The notes under the pieces are model-generated. The model did no database searches. It saw only the letters and a list, made by a program, of their open reading frames with translations, and was not told where the DNA came from. A stretch of 60,749 nucleotides of DNA, filler included, from an uncultured bacterium (GTDB taxonomy: Bacteria > CAYJOG01): assembly GCA_964371695.1 (NCBI GenBank). It is 8 parts of 8 records of this genome, joined end to end, with 100 filler letters (N's around TTAATTAATTAA, not from the genome) between each part and the next. Parts side by side here need not be neighbours in the genome. Positions count along the whole stretch, not along the records: positions 7,671 to 15,182 come from CAYJOG010000127.1; positions 15,283 to 22,829 come from CAYJOG010000128.1; 6 more parts are not named here. One strand, 5' to 3'. Below are positions 10,722 through 19,927 of the stretch, one piece after another. The stretch's first letter is position 1. Each line of letters opens with the position of its first letter. The position numbers and the translations under genes are program-made.

Positions 10722-12183
10722 CACGCAGGAATTTGTGACCGCACTGGAAAGGGCAGGGGAACTGGTGCGCATCCGGCGGCTGGTGTCGCCCTATCTGGAA
10801 ATCACCGAAATCGCCGACCGGGTGATGAAGGCGGGCGGCCCGGCGCTGCTGTTTGAAAACGTGGACGGCAGCAGTTTTCCGGTGCTCATCAACGCCTATG
10901 GCAGCCTGCGGCGCATGGCCATGGCCCTGGGTGTGGAGGAACTGGATGACCTGGCCCGCCGCATCGAGGACATGCTGGACGTTGACCCGCCCCGGCGGCT
11001 CATGGACAAACTCAAGCTGCTGCCCAAGGTGGCCCAGTTGCGCAAGTTCCCCCCCAAACTGGTGAGCCACGCGCCCTGTCAGGAGGTGGTGTTGAGCGGT
11101 GAAGACGTGGACCTTGCGCGCCTGCCGGTGCTCACCTGCTGGCCGGATGACGGCGGGCCGTTCATCACCTTTGGCCAGGTGTTCACACAAAACCCCGCCA
11201 CGGGCAAAACCAACGTGGGCATGTACCGCCTGCAGGTGATGGAAAAAAACGTCACGGGCATGCACATTCACATGCACCACGACGGTGCGCGCAACGTGCG
11301 GGAATCGGGCGTTGCGCCGCTTGCCTGCGCCGTGGCTTTTGGCGGCCCCAGCGTGATGCCCTATGCCGCCACCGCGCCCCTGCCGCCGGAAATCAGCGAG
11401 CTGTTGCTGGCGGGATTCATTCAGGGGGAAAACGTGCCGGTGGTGAAATGCAAAACCGTGCCGCTGGAGGTGCCCGCCACGGCGGAGATTGTGCTGGAAG
11501 GGTTCATCCGGCCTGATGACGTGCGCCGCGAAGGCCCCTTTGGGGACCACACCGGTTATTACTCGCTGGCGGATGATTTCCCCACCTTTCGCGTCACCGC
11601 CATCACGCACCGCCGGGGGGCGATTTATCCCACCACCATCGTGGGGCGGCCCCCCATGGAGGATTACTGGCTGGGCAAAGCCACCGAGCGCATTTTTTTG
11701 CCGCTGCTCAAAACCCAGATGCCCGAAGTGCGGGACATGAATCTGCCGCTGTTTGGCGTGTTCCACAACTTCCTGTTTCTGAGCATCAAAAAACAGTATC
11801 CCCACCACGCCCGCAAGGTGATGCACGCCGTGTGGGGCACGGGGCAGATGATGTTCAGCAAGTTCATTGTGGTGGTGGATGACGACGTGGATGTGCAGGA
11901 CATGAACGAGGTGATGTTCCGCCTGGGGGCCAATGTGGATCCGAAGCGCGACGTGGTGATCACCGAAGGCCCCATCGATATTCTGGACCACGCCAGCGAC
12001 CGCGTGGGCATCGGCGGCAAGATGGGTTTTGACGCCACACGCAAATGGCCCGGCGAGGGATTCCCCCGCGAGTGGCCCGAAGACCTGGTGATGGCCCCGG
12101 CGGTGAAGGAAATGGTGAACGGTTACTGGAGCGAACTGGGGCCGTGGTTTGCCGCCTTAAAAGCAAATGGGGTGCAGTCATGA
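10705..12183 (+). CDS. ubiD: UbiD-family decarboxylase of menaquinone biosynthesis (MqnL-like)
   Basis: GGPALLFEN, NVGMYRLQ, EGPFGDHTGYY, GRPPMED and DATRKWPGEG. Confidence 0.93.
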   Translation: MRAFADTQEFVTALERAGELVRIRRLVSPYLEITEIADRVMKAGGPALLFENVDGSSFPVLINAYGSLRRMAMALGVEELDDLARRIEDMLDVDPPRRLMDKLKLLPKVAQLRKFPPKLVSHAPCQEVVLSGEDVDLARLPVLTCWPDDGGPFITFGQVFTQNPATGKTNVGMYRLQVMEKNVTGMHIHMHHDGARNVRESGVAPLACAVAFGGPSVMPYAATAPLPPEISELLLAGFIQGENVPVVKCKTVPLEVPATAEIVLEGFIRPDDVRREGPFGDHTGYYSLADDFPTFRVTAITHRRGAIYPTTIVGRPPMEDYWLGKATERIFLPLLKTQMPEVRDMNLPLFGVFHNFLFLSIKKQYPHHARKVMHAVWGTGQMMFSKFIVVVDDDVDVQDMNEVMFRLGANVDPKRDVVITEGPIDILDHASDRVGIGGKMGFDATRKWPGEGFPREWPEDLVMAPAVKEMVNGYWSELGPWFAALKANGVQS

Positions 12184-12199
12184 AATTTTCTAGAAATTT

Positions 12200-12480
12200 C
12201 GCCCCCTCTCCCCTTGAGGGAGAGGGTTGGGGTGAGGGGTTTTTCAAAAGAAAAAAAACCAAACAGATGTTTTTATTTTTTGTTCATGTTTGGCCTCGGC
12301 ACTGTCGTGCCGCTGGGCGCGCCCGGCAGCATCAATATGCTGCCGCAACCTCAAAAAACCACCCGCGCCCATTACCCGGCGCTTCGCGCCGCCCTCTCCC
12401 CATAAAGGGGAGAGGGGACTACGCGGCGTTTTTTATCACCCCACCATCAGGACCACCCTCTCTCCATTGGGGGAGAGGGA
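12200..12480. repeat. Composite REP-like repeat cluster
   Basis: Three CCCTCTCC..GGAGAGGG hairpins plus an inverted copy of the ~7766-7850 unit. Confidence 0.8.
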
Positions 12481-12522
12481 ACGGTGCTGCATCTCTCAAC
12501 TCTCTTTTGAAAGGAAACCGGC

Positions 12523-13170
12523 ATGTCCCGTAAAGCCGAATGGATTCTCTCGGTCACCGGCGCAAGCGGCACGGTCTATGCCCGCCGCCTGCTGGAGGTG
12601 CTCACACAAAACGGCGTGGTGGTGCATCTGGTGATCAGCGAGGCCGCCGCCCGCGTGATGGCCGAAGAAGACGGCTTCAGCATCAGCGCCGCCGCCCCGC
12701 AGGTGGAGCGCCTGGGTGCGGTGAACAGCGATCACGTCGTCACCTACAACCCCAAGGACATCGGCGCGGCCATCGCCAGCGGCAGTGTGCGGGTGGCGGG
12801 CAATGTGGTGGTTCCATGCAGCATGGCCACGCTGGGGGCCATCGCCACCGCCACGCCGCGCAACCTCATTCACCGGGCGGCGGACGTGACGCTGAAGGAG
12901 GGGCGGCGGTTGATTCTTGTGCCCCGCGAAACACCTCTGCACGCCCTGCATCTGGAGCACATGGCCACGCTGGCGCGGATGGGTGCGGCCATTGTGCCCG
13001 CCATGCCGGGGTTCTATCACCAGCCCCGGTGCATCGAAGACCTGGTGGACATGCTGGTGATGAAAATCACCGACCAGATGGGCCTGCAACTGGACCTCGT
13101 GCCCCGCTGGAAAAGCCGGGCCGCTGAGAACTGGGACAACACCCTGCCCCAGGGGGCCGGGCGTGACTGA
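12523..13170 (+). CDS. ubiX: Flavin prenyltransferase
   Basis: VTGASG, IASGS, PCSMATL, RAADVTLKEGRRLILVPRETP and PAMPGFY. Confidence 0.95.
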   Translation: MSRKAEWILSVTGASGTVYARRLLEVLTQNGVVVHLVISEAAARVMAEEDGFSISAAAPQVERLGAVNSDHVVTYNPKDIGAAIASGSVRVAGNVVVPCSMATLGAIATATPRNLIHRAADVTLKEGRRLILVPRETPLHALHLEHMATLARMGAAIVPAMPGFYHQPRCIEDLVDMLVMKITDQMGLQLDLVPRWKSRAAENWDNTLPQGAGRD

Positions 13171-14272
13171 CACGGGCCTGCACGACAAGGTGGCCGAGGT
13201 CATCGCCCGCTACACAGGCGGCGCACGACTGGGGCCGGAGGACGCCCTGGTGCTGGCCACCCAGGCCCCCCTGGGCGTGCTGGGCTGGCTCGCGGAGCGC
13301 GAGGCCCTGGCGCGGCACGGTGAGCGGGTCTGTTACAACGTGAACCTGCACCTGAACCTCACCAACGTGTGCGAGGCCGACTGTTTTTTCTGCTCTTTCG
13401 CCCGTCTGGAAGAAGGCATGCCTGAGGCGAAAACCTTTGCGCTGGACGAAATCGAAGGGTTCATCCGCCAGCGCCTTTCGCCGGACACCACCGAGGTGCA
13501 TATCGTCAATGGCCTGCATCCGGGTTTGCCGTTTGATTATTACCTGGACGCCCTGCGTCTGATTCGCCAGAAGTTCCCCCAACTGCACATCAAGGCCTTC
13601 ACGGCGGTAGAGATTGGTTATTACGCCCGCAAATATGAACTGAGCGTGGCGGCGGTGCTCACAGCGCTGATGGACGCCGGGCTGGGGTCATTGCCCGGTG
13701 GCGGGGCCGAGGTGTTCGCGCCCCGCGTGCGCAAAAAAATCTGCCGCAACAAGGTGAGCGGCGAGGCGTGGCTGGACATCCACCGCACCGCGCACCACAT
13801 GGGCCTGAGGAGCAATGCCACGCTGCTGTTTGGCACGGTGGAAACCTGGGAGGAGCGCATCGAACACCTGCTGGCCCTGCGGGATTTGCAGGACGAAACG
13901 GGCGGGTTTCAGGCGTTCATTCCGCTGGTCTTTCACAACGAAAACAACAAGCTGCACAAACTGAAGGAACCCACCGCCCAGGAGGCTTTGCGGGTGGTGG
14001 CGGTGTCGCGGCTGCTGCTGGACAACTTCCCCCATGTCAAAGCCTATTGGGCCACGCTGGGTGTGCCGGTGGCGCAGATGGCCCTGGCCTTTGGGGCCAG
14101 TGACCTGGACGGCACGGTGGTGAGCGAAAAAATCTATGCCATGGCGGGAGCGGACGCGCCCGGCGCGCTGAGTGTGAAGGAACTGGAAGAACTGATTGTC
14201 TCGGCGGGGCGCACGCCCCAGCGGCGTGACACGCTTTACCGGCCTGTGGAACAGGTGGTGGCCGGGAAATGA
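13163..14272 (+). CDS. mqnE: Aminofutalosine synthase (radical SAM)
   Basis: TNVCEADCFFCSF, EVHIVNGLHP, KAFTAVEI, LDNFPHVKAYW, DLDGTVVSEKIYAMAGA and RDTLY. Confidence 0.9.
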   Translation: MTDTGLHDKVAEVIARYTGGARLGPEDALVLATQAPLGVLGWLAEREALARHGERVCYNVNLHLNLTNVCEADCFFCSFARLEEGMPEAKTFALDEIEGFIRQRLSPDTTEVHIVNGLHPGLPFDYYLDALRLIRQKFPQLHIKAFTAVEIGYYARKYELSVAAVLTALMDAGLGSLPGGGAEVFAPRVRKKICRNKVSGEAWLDIHRTAHHMGLRSNATLLFGTVETWEERIEHLLALRDLQDETGGFQAFIPLVFHNENNKLHKLKEPTAQEALRVVAVSRLLLDNFPHVKAYWATLGVPVAQMALAFGASDLDGTVVSEKIYAMAGADAPGALSVKELEELIVSAGRTPQRRDTLYRPVEQVVAGK

Positions 14273-14295
14273 AAGCGGGGAATCAGTCAAATATA

Positions 14296-14545
14296 AAAAA
14301 CCACCTTATTACCCTCTCCCCTTTACGGGGAGAGGGTGGCCGAAGGTCGGGTGAGGGGTTATGTAAAAGTAAAAAACCAAATTTCTTTTTGGATTTTTCG
14401 CCTTTATTTTACCCCTCAACCCAACCCTCTCCCCAGTGGGGGAGAGGGGGTAAAGGCGGCGCTTCTTCATTCCTCGGCAGTTTCGCGCTTCGTGCTCAGG
14501 CAGGCGGGGACGCCTGCCCTACTTTGTCGCGCCGCTGGGTGCGCT
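14296..14545. repeat. Composite REP-like repeat cluster
   Basis: Paired CCCTCTCCCC..GGGGAGAGGG hairpins and a GTAG-type unit that is inverted relative to 38893-38940. Confidence 0.8.
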
Positions 14546-14566
14546 CAGCAGGTGGGAGTCTGGACC

Positions 14567-15182
14567 ATGACAGAAACCGGCGATAAACAATTCATCAATC
14601 CTCCCAAACCCGCCCTGGGTGTGATTGATTCTCTGAACGGCGCGCCGCCCACTTGGGGGCTGGACGACATTTTTGATCTGAAACCCGGCACGCCCGCCGA
14701 ACTGGCGGTGTGGTTGCTGGAGGGGCGCATCGCGGCGGGGTTTGTGCCCGTGGTGGAGGCGCTGGAAATGGGACAGCGGTGGGTGGGGTTGCCCTATGTC
14801 ATTGCCTCGCCGGGGCCGGTGCGCTCGGTGTGCCTGTTCGGTTTTGAAAATCAAGACCCGCTGTCGGCCCGCACGTTGTGGCTGGACGCCAAAAGCCGCA
14901 CCAGCAACGCCCTTGTGCGCTGGTTGCTGCCCGGTGCGGCCCTGCGCCACCACGATGGCAACGGCCCGGTTCTGGAAAATCTGCAAAGCAGCGAGGCGGC
15001 CCTGGTGATGGGAGACGAAGCCCTGCGGCTGGTGCTGGCGGGCCGCAGTCATGTGGACCTCGCCAGCCTGTGGCGCGAACGCACCGGTGAGCCTTTGGTG
15101 TTCGCCCGCCTCATGGTCAACCCGGATCTGATGGATGAAGAAACCCAGCGGGTGTTGTGCCAGCGGGTGGAGGCCAACCTGC
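14567..15182 (+). CDS. mqnA: Chorismate dehydratase (3' truncated)
   Basis: LGVIDSLNGAP, GPVRSV, SRTSNAL, MGDEAL and DLASLWRERTGEPLVFA; directly follows mqnE. Confidence 0.85.
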
Positions 15183-15282
15183 NNNNNNNNNNNNNNNNNN
15201 NNNNNNNNNNNNNNNNNNNNNNNNNNTTAATTAATTAANNNNNNNNNNNNNNNNNNNNNNNNNNNNNNNNNNNNNNNNNNNN

Positions 15283-15522
15283 GCCGGTGCAACTGCCCGC
15301 CGCCGCGGCTTTGGCCAGCGTGATGGTGGCGCCCGAGAGGGGCACCAGCGTGGCGCTGGCTGCGCGACCCGCCACGGTGCCTGCGTTTACAAACAGGCCG
15401 CCGCTGACGGAGCCGGAGGGGATGGGGTTGCGCCGCCCGGTGCCGCAGCCCGCCAAGGTGGCGAGACTGAGAGCACAGGCTGTCAAGGCGGTGAGTCGGA
15501 CGGAAAGAAGTTTCCTGAACAT
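15283..15522 (-). CDS. Lipoprotein, N-terminal fragment
   Basis: MFRKLLSVR... hydrophobic stretch ending in lipobox LAGC; runs into the gap. Confidence 0.65.
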
Positions 15523-15893
15523 GCGGACGGGGTTCCTCCTGGCTGGTTTGAAAACGTTTGCACCGGCAATAGGGCCGCCGAAAAACACACGTCTTCCGTT
15601 GGTGATTGAGCACAAGTTTAACCCAGGTGGTGTTCAATGCAAATGAGCAAACGGGTGAATGACGTGATGGGCGTCACGCGGCCCATGTGCTGCTGGTTCA
15701 CGCTGCCGGGGGCGCGCTGCGCCCCTCTTTAATATCCCAGATCGCTGGCTGTTACCTGTTGCGCAAACACTTGTGGCGCGACCGCCACACCTGTTGCAGC
15801 GCCAAAACGAACGCTTTATCCCCCAAATGGAGCCAACAGCGGTCAAAACCAGCAAAAACCGGCTGCCGCCCTCCTGAAAAACTTATTTCCGGC

Positions 15894-15910
15894 TTGGCAC
15901 ACAGCTTGCT
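15894..15910 (+). promoter_or_regulatory. sigma54 (-24/-12) promoter
   Basis: TTGGCAC-ACAGC-TTGCT matches the TGGCAC-N5-TTGC consensus with exact spacing, in intergenic DNA. Confidence 0.75.
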
Positions 15911-15920
15911 ATCAGGCATA

Positions 15921-15980
15921 GCCGGAGGGATAACCCCACCATACACAGTTAAAAGACGGGCGAAGGCTCGTCTTTTTTTT
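15921..15980 (+). ncRNA. Candidate ~60-nt sigma54-dependent small RNA
   Basis: Lies between the sigma54 promoter and an intrinsic terminator, with no start codon in the interval. Confidence 0.5.
15951..15980 (+). terminator. Intrinsic terminator (may also act on the - strand)
   Basis: AAAAGACGGGC-GAAG-GCTCGTC followed by a T8 run. Confidence 0.8.
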
Positions 15981-15992
15981 GTTTCAAAAACC

Positions 15993-16931
15993 TCATGGCC
16001 TGCCCTTTTCCCGCCACAGAAGAATGGGCCAAAGAATAAACAGGTGACCCACCAAACCTGCCATGAAAATCCATGCCCAATTTGAGGGTACGAGCCCCAC
16101 CCTAAGCTTGTGAATGCCGATAATGAAAATGGCAGGAATTAAAGACACACATTTCAAAAGCAAGTTCAAAAACCAAAACATGATCAGTTTTGCCTTGCTT
16201 GGGTGAATGCTGCCCAAAAGAGGGGGCGGCAGCGGCCCCGCGCCAAAGGGGCGCGGGAGTTCCATGGGTGGGACCTCAGTCGCCTGCCACTCTTTCAGAA
16301 CCTGATGCAGATGCTGTTGCTCCATGTGATTTTTTTTTGCACTACCGCTGCCTTCGCTGGAAAAAAAACAGATTTCCCTTTCGTGGTCTGGTTGCTGCAC
16401 CCGCAGACACACCAAGGGTTTGGAGAAATAATCGGGCATCTTGAAACCCCACCCCACACCCAGCACCTGCTGCTGGTGCAGGGCAAAGGCGTGTCGGTCT
16501 CCTATGAACACCAGCCAGGGGCCAAAAACCTGCAAAAAACCCAGGTCTTCTACTGCCCAACCGTTATACGTTCTGAACTGATTGACCGGGCAAAAACCTA
16601 CAAATTGCCCACCAAAGTTTGCCGGCAGACGATGATTTTGAGCCAGATGGTCCATCAACTCCTGTTTGACCTGTCTGGCCCCTTTGCCCTTGCGCTGGAA
16701 ATGGGACCAAAAAACACCTGCCGGGCCACTCAACAGGGCCAGAGCAACAAGGAGCCAAGGCAAAATGCCGGGCAAAGGGTTGGTATTATTAAAAATAACT
16801 ACCAGCATTGAGAATGCGAGCGACAAGATATCCATCCTGTTTTGGGCGCTGAGATACTGCGTCAGCCTTGCCTTGTTCAGAAAAGGCTCTGTAGGAGAGT
16901 CTTCCAGGACAGGTGGTGGCAAGGGGTCCAT
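15993..16931 (-). CDS. Hypothetical membrane protein (lower GC)
   Basis: 312-aa ORF with about two TM segments at each end and a central soluble region; no recognisable motif. Confidence 0.6.
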   Translation of the reverse strand: MDPLPPPVLEDSPTEPFLNKARLTQYLSAQNRMDILSLAFSMLVVIFNNTNPLPGILPWLLVALALLSGPAGVFWSHFQRKGKGARQVKQELMDHLAQNHRLPANFGGQFVGFCPVNQFRTYNGWAVEDLGFLQVFGPWLVFIGDRHAFALHQQQVLGVGWGFKMPDYFSKPLVCLRVQQPDHEREICFFSSEGSGSAKKNHMEQQHLHQVLKEWQATEVPPMELPRPFGAGPLPPPLLGSIHPSKAKLIMFWFLNLLLKCVSLIPAIFIIGIHKLRVGLVPSNWAWIFMAGLVGHLFILWPILLWREKGRP

Positions 16932-16967
16932 GGTGTTCAGACTAGCAGGGTGTTTATCAACACCCCG

Positions 16968-18083
16968 CTAATCACGCCAGAACAAACATTCCGAAACAGC
17001 CTGCACCAGCCGCTGGTTGTCTGCCGGGAACACATGGCCGATGTGGCCAATGCGGAAGGTGTCGGCCTGGCTCACCTTGCCCGGATAAATCACGAAGCCT
17101 TTTTCTTTGAGCAGCAGGTAAAAGCGTTTGAACGTGAAATCCGGTGCGTCGGGGTAAAGAAACGTGGTGATGATGGGGGACTGATATTCGTCGGGCAGCA
17201 GGGTTTTGAAGCCCAGCCCCCGCAGGCCATCCACCACCGTGCGGTGATTTTGCCGGTAACGGGCGGCGCGGGCCGCCACGCCGCCTTCTTCGTCCAGCTC
17301 CAGCAGGGCCTGGGCAAAGGCCCGCACCACGTGGGTGGGTGAGGTGTAACGCCATTTGCCGCCCTGGGTTTCCATGGTGTGCCACTGATCGTAGAGGTCC
17401 AGACACAACGAGGCCGACCGGCCCTTCAGTTTTTCCATCTGTTCGCGCTGCGCCAGCACAAAAGCAAAACCCGGCACTCCTTGAATGCACTTGTTGGCGC
17501 TGGAAATCAGAAAATCCGCCCCCACTTCCGCCTGATCCATTTCGATGCCCGCGAAGCTGGACATGGCGTCCAGAATGAACAGCCGCCCATGGCGTTTGAC
17601 GATTTCGCCCACTTTGTCCACCGGGTTGAGCAGGCCCGTGGTGGTTTCGCAGTGAATCATGGCCACGTGGGTGATGGCGGGGTCCGCCGCCAGGGTTTCG
17701 TCCAGACGGGTCAGGTCAGGCGGCTGGGTTTCGGGGGATTCCAGCACCACCAGCTTTTTGCACAGCCGCCGGGCCATCTCGGCCAGACGCGCGCCATAGG
17801 CCCCGTTGCTCAGCGCCAGCAGTTTGTCGTCTGGCCCGATGGCGCAATGGATAGTGGCCTCGACGGCAAAACTGCCGCTGCCCTGCAACAACACGGCGGT
17901 GTAACCAGCCTGCCCGCTGGCCAGGGCCGCCAGACGCGCACGGATGTCCTGCACGATGGCGTTGTAGTCGTCGTCCCAGGTACACCAGTCGCGCAGCAGG
18001 GCGGCGCGCACGCCTTTGCTGGTGCTGAGGGGGCCGGGGGTGAGCAACAGATAGGGGTTTTCGGGAATGTGCGAGAGGTCCAT
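16968..18083 (-). CDS. phnW: 2-aminoethylphosphonate-pyruvate transaminase
   Basis: LLLTPGPLST, DWCTWD, HCETTTG, DAMSSF, SSANKCIQGVPG, WRYTSPTH and GFVIYPGK. Confidence 0.95.
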   Translation of the reverse strand: MDLSHIPENPYLLLTPGPLSTSKGVRAALLRDWCTWDDDYNAIVQDIRARLAALASGQAGYTAVLLQGSGSFAVEATIHCAIGPDDKLLALSNGAYGARLAEMARRLCKKLVVLESPETQPPDLTRLDETLAADPAITHVAMIHCETTTGLLNPVDKVGEIVKRHGRLFILDAMSSFAGIEMDQAEVGADFLISSANKCIQGVPGFAFVLAQREQMEKLKGRSASLCLDLYDQWHTMETQGGKWRYTSPTHVVRAFAQALLELDEEGGVAARAARYRQNHRTVVDGLRGLGFKTLLPDEYQSPIITTFLYPDAPDFTFKRFYLLLKEKGFVIYPGKVSQADTFRIGHIGHVFPADNQRLVQAVSECLFWRD

Positions 18084-18095
18084 GGCGGGTTTAGT

Positions 18096-18764
18096 TTAGG
18101 CCGTGATTTCATCCACGCTGCCAATCACCACGTGGGCCCCCGCCGCCCGCAGTGTGGCCGCGTCATCCGCGCCGGAAAGCACCCCCGCCACCAGACCACA
18201 ACCGGCGTTCACGCCTTCTTCCATGTCCCGCGCCGTGTCCCCCGTCTTGGCCACGCGCCGCACGTCCATCAGTCCCAGTTGTTTCATCAGGGCATGGATC
18301 ATGTAAGGAAAAGGCCGCCCCGCGCCCACGTCTTCGCTCACGATGAGGGCGTTTATGTGGGGGCCAAAACCGTTCTGGTCCACCAGGGCCTGTGCCAGCG
18401 GGCGGGGATAACCCGTGTCCAGCGCCACCTTCACACCGGCGGCCCGCAGGCGGTCAAAACACGCCACTGCGCCGGGGATGGGTTTCACAGGAGAAGCGGG
18501 GCCGAAATAGGCGTCGTTCAGTTCCGACTGAAACCGGCCATAGACCCGCGCCACTTCCGCCTCTGGCGCTTTGCCCCCTTGCAGAAAATGCCGCACCACC
18601 TCCACCTTGTTGGCCCCGTGCCAGTGGTTGAAATCTTCTGCGCTGTAGCTGGCCCCCTCGTGGCGCAGAATGCGGTCCAGCGTTTGATACACCACGCCGC
18701 CTTCGTCCACCACGGTGCCCGCCATGTCAAACACAACCAGATCAATGTTTTCCAGTTTCAGCAT
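18096..18764 (-). CDS. HAD-family phosphonatase-like hydrolase
   Basis: FDMAGTVVD motif I; LDTGY, GRPFPYMI and KTGDTARDM; co-oriented with phnW. Confidence 0.8.
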   Translation of the reverse strand: MLKLENIDLVVFDMAGTVVDEGGVVYQTLDRILRHEGASYSAEDFNHWHGANKVEVVRHFLQGGKAPEAEVARVYGRFQSELNDAYFGPASPVKPIPGAVACFDRLRAAGVKVALDTGYPRPLAQALVDQNGFGPHINALIVSEDVGAGRPFPYMIHALMKQLGLMDVRRVAKTGDTARDMEEGVNAGCGLVAGVLSGADDAATLRAAGAHVVIGSVDEITA

Positions 18765-18854
18765 GAGGGCAGTCTAACCACACCGGGCCAGATGCTTTCC
18801 CGGCTGGCTTTGTCTTCACGAAAAAGCAACAATAGGCGCGCACCCTTGGACACC

Positions 18855-19925
18855 ATGCAAACGGACCCCCTCTCCCCCTCCCGCTGGTCGGCGCGCCGCG
18901 CGCTCGCCGCCTGCGCCCTTGGCCTGGGCCTGCCCCTGCTGGCGGCTGGTTGCAGCGGCGGCAAACAGGGCGGCCAGGAGCTTCTGGTTTACACCGCTTA
19001 TGAAGACGACCAGTACCCGGCGTTTCTTGAGGACTTCCAGAAACAGCACCCGGAAATCACGGTGACCGTGCAGCGGGATTCCACCGGCGTGATCATGGCC
19101 AAGGTGCTGGCCGAAAAAGAAAACCCCCGCGCCGACGTGTTGTGGGGCATTGCGCTCACAGAAATGCTCACCGCCAAGCGCGAGGGCATCCTGTCTCCTT
19201 ATGCCCCCAAGGGGCTGGACAAACTGGACCCCCGCTTTCGCGACAAAACGAACCCACCGCTGTGGACGGGCAACGACGCCTTCATGACGGCCTTTTGTGT
19301 GAACACCATCGAGGTCAAAAACAAAAACCTGCCCATTCCGAAGTCCTATGCCGACTTGGCGGACCCAAGACTGGCGGGTCAGGTGGTCAGCCCCAACCCG
19401 GCGTCGTCGGGCACGGGCTTCATGACGGTGTCGGGTATTTTGCAGACCCTGGGCGAAGACAAAGGTTGGGCCGTGCTGGACGGTCTGCACAAAAACACCG
19501 CCCAATACGTTCACAGCGGCTCGCAGCCCTGCAAGATGGCGGGGGCGGGGGAATATGCCGTGGGTGTGTCGTTTGATTACCGGGGCTTCAAACAAAAAGC
19601 CGAGGGCCAGCCCATTGAAGTCATCCTGCCCGAAGAGGGCAGCGGCTGGGACGTGGAAGCCAACGGCCTTGTCAAAAAACCAAAAATCAACCCCACCGCC
19701 AAAACCTTTCTGGACTGGGCCATCAACGAGAGCGCCATGAAGCTCTATGGCGAAAACGCCGCCGTGCTGGGCCTGAAGGGCGCGGCCAAAGCGCCGGAAG
19801 GGTATCCCGCAGACCCGGCGGCGCAACTGGGCAAAAACGATTTTGACTGGGCCGCCGAAAACCGCCCCCGCCTGCTGGAGGAATGGACCAAACGCTACGA
19901 CGGCAAAAGCGCCGCCAAGGAATAA
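18855..19925 (+). CDS. 2-AEP ABC transporter substrate-binding lipoprotein
   Basis: Lipobox LAAGC; VYTA, RDSTG, PNPASSGTGF and YVHSGSQPC; divergent from the phnW operon. Confidence 0.88.
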   Translation: MQTDPLSPSRWSARRALAACALGLGLPLLAAGCSGGKQGGQELLVYTAYEDDQYPAFLEDFQKQHPEITVTVQRDSTGVIMAKVLAEKENPRADVLWGIALTEMLTAKREGILSPYAPKGLDKLDPRFRDKTNPPLWTGNDAFMTAFCVNTIEVKNKNLPIPKSYADLADPRLAGQVVSPNPASSGTGFMTVSGILQTLGEDKGWAVLDGLHKNTAQYVHSGSQPCKMAGAGEYAVGVSFDYRGFKQKAEGQPIEVILPEEGSGWDVEANGLVKKPKINPTAKTFLDWAINESAMKLYGENAAVLGLKGAAKAPEGYPADPAAQLGKNDFDWAAENRPRLLEEWTKRYDGKSAAKE

Positions 19926-19927
19926 CC

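Noticed and set aside
12200-14545. Possible CRISPR array in the palindromic repeats
   Set aside because: There are no regularly spaced identical direct repeats with unique spacers, and no cas genes.
17379-19925. 848-aa ORF suggesting a giant binding protein
   Set aside because: Its first ~490 codons are the antisense shadow of phnW and the HAD gene. The real lipoprotein starts at 18855.
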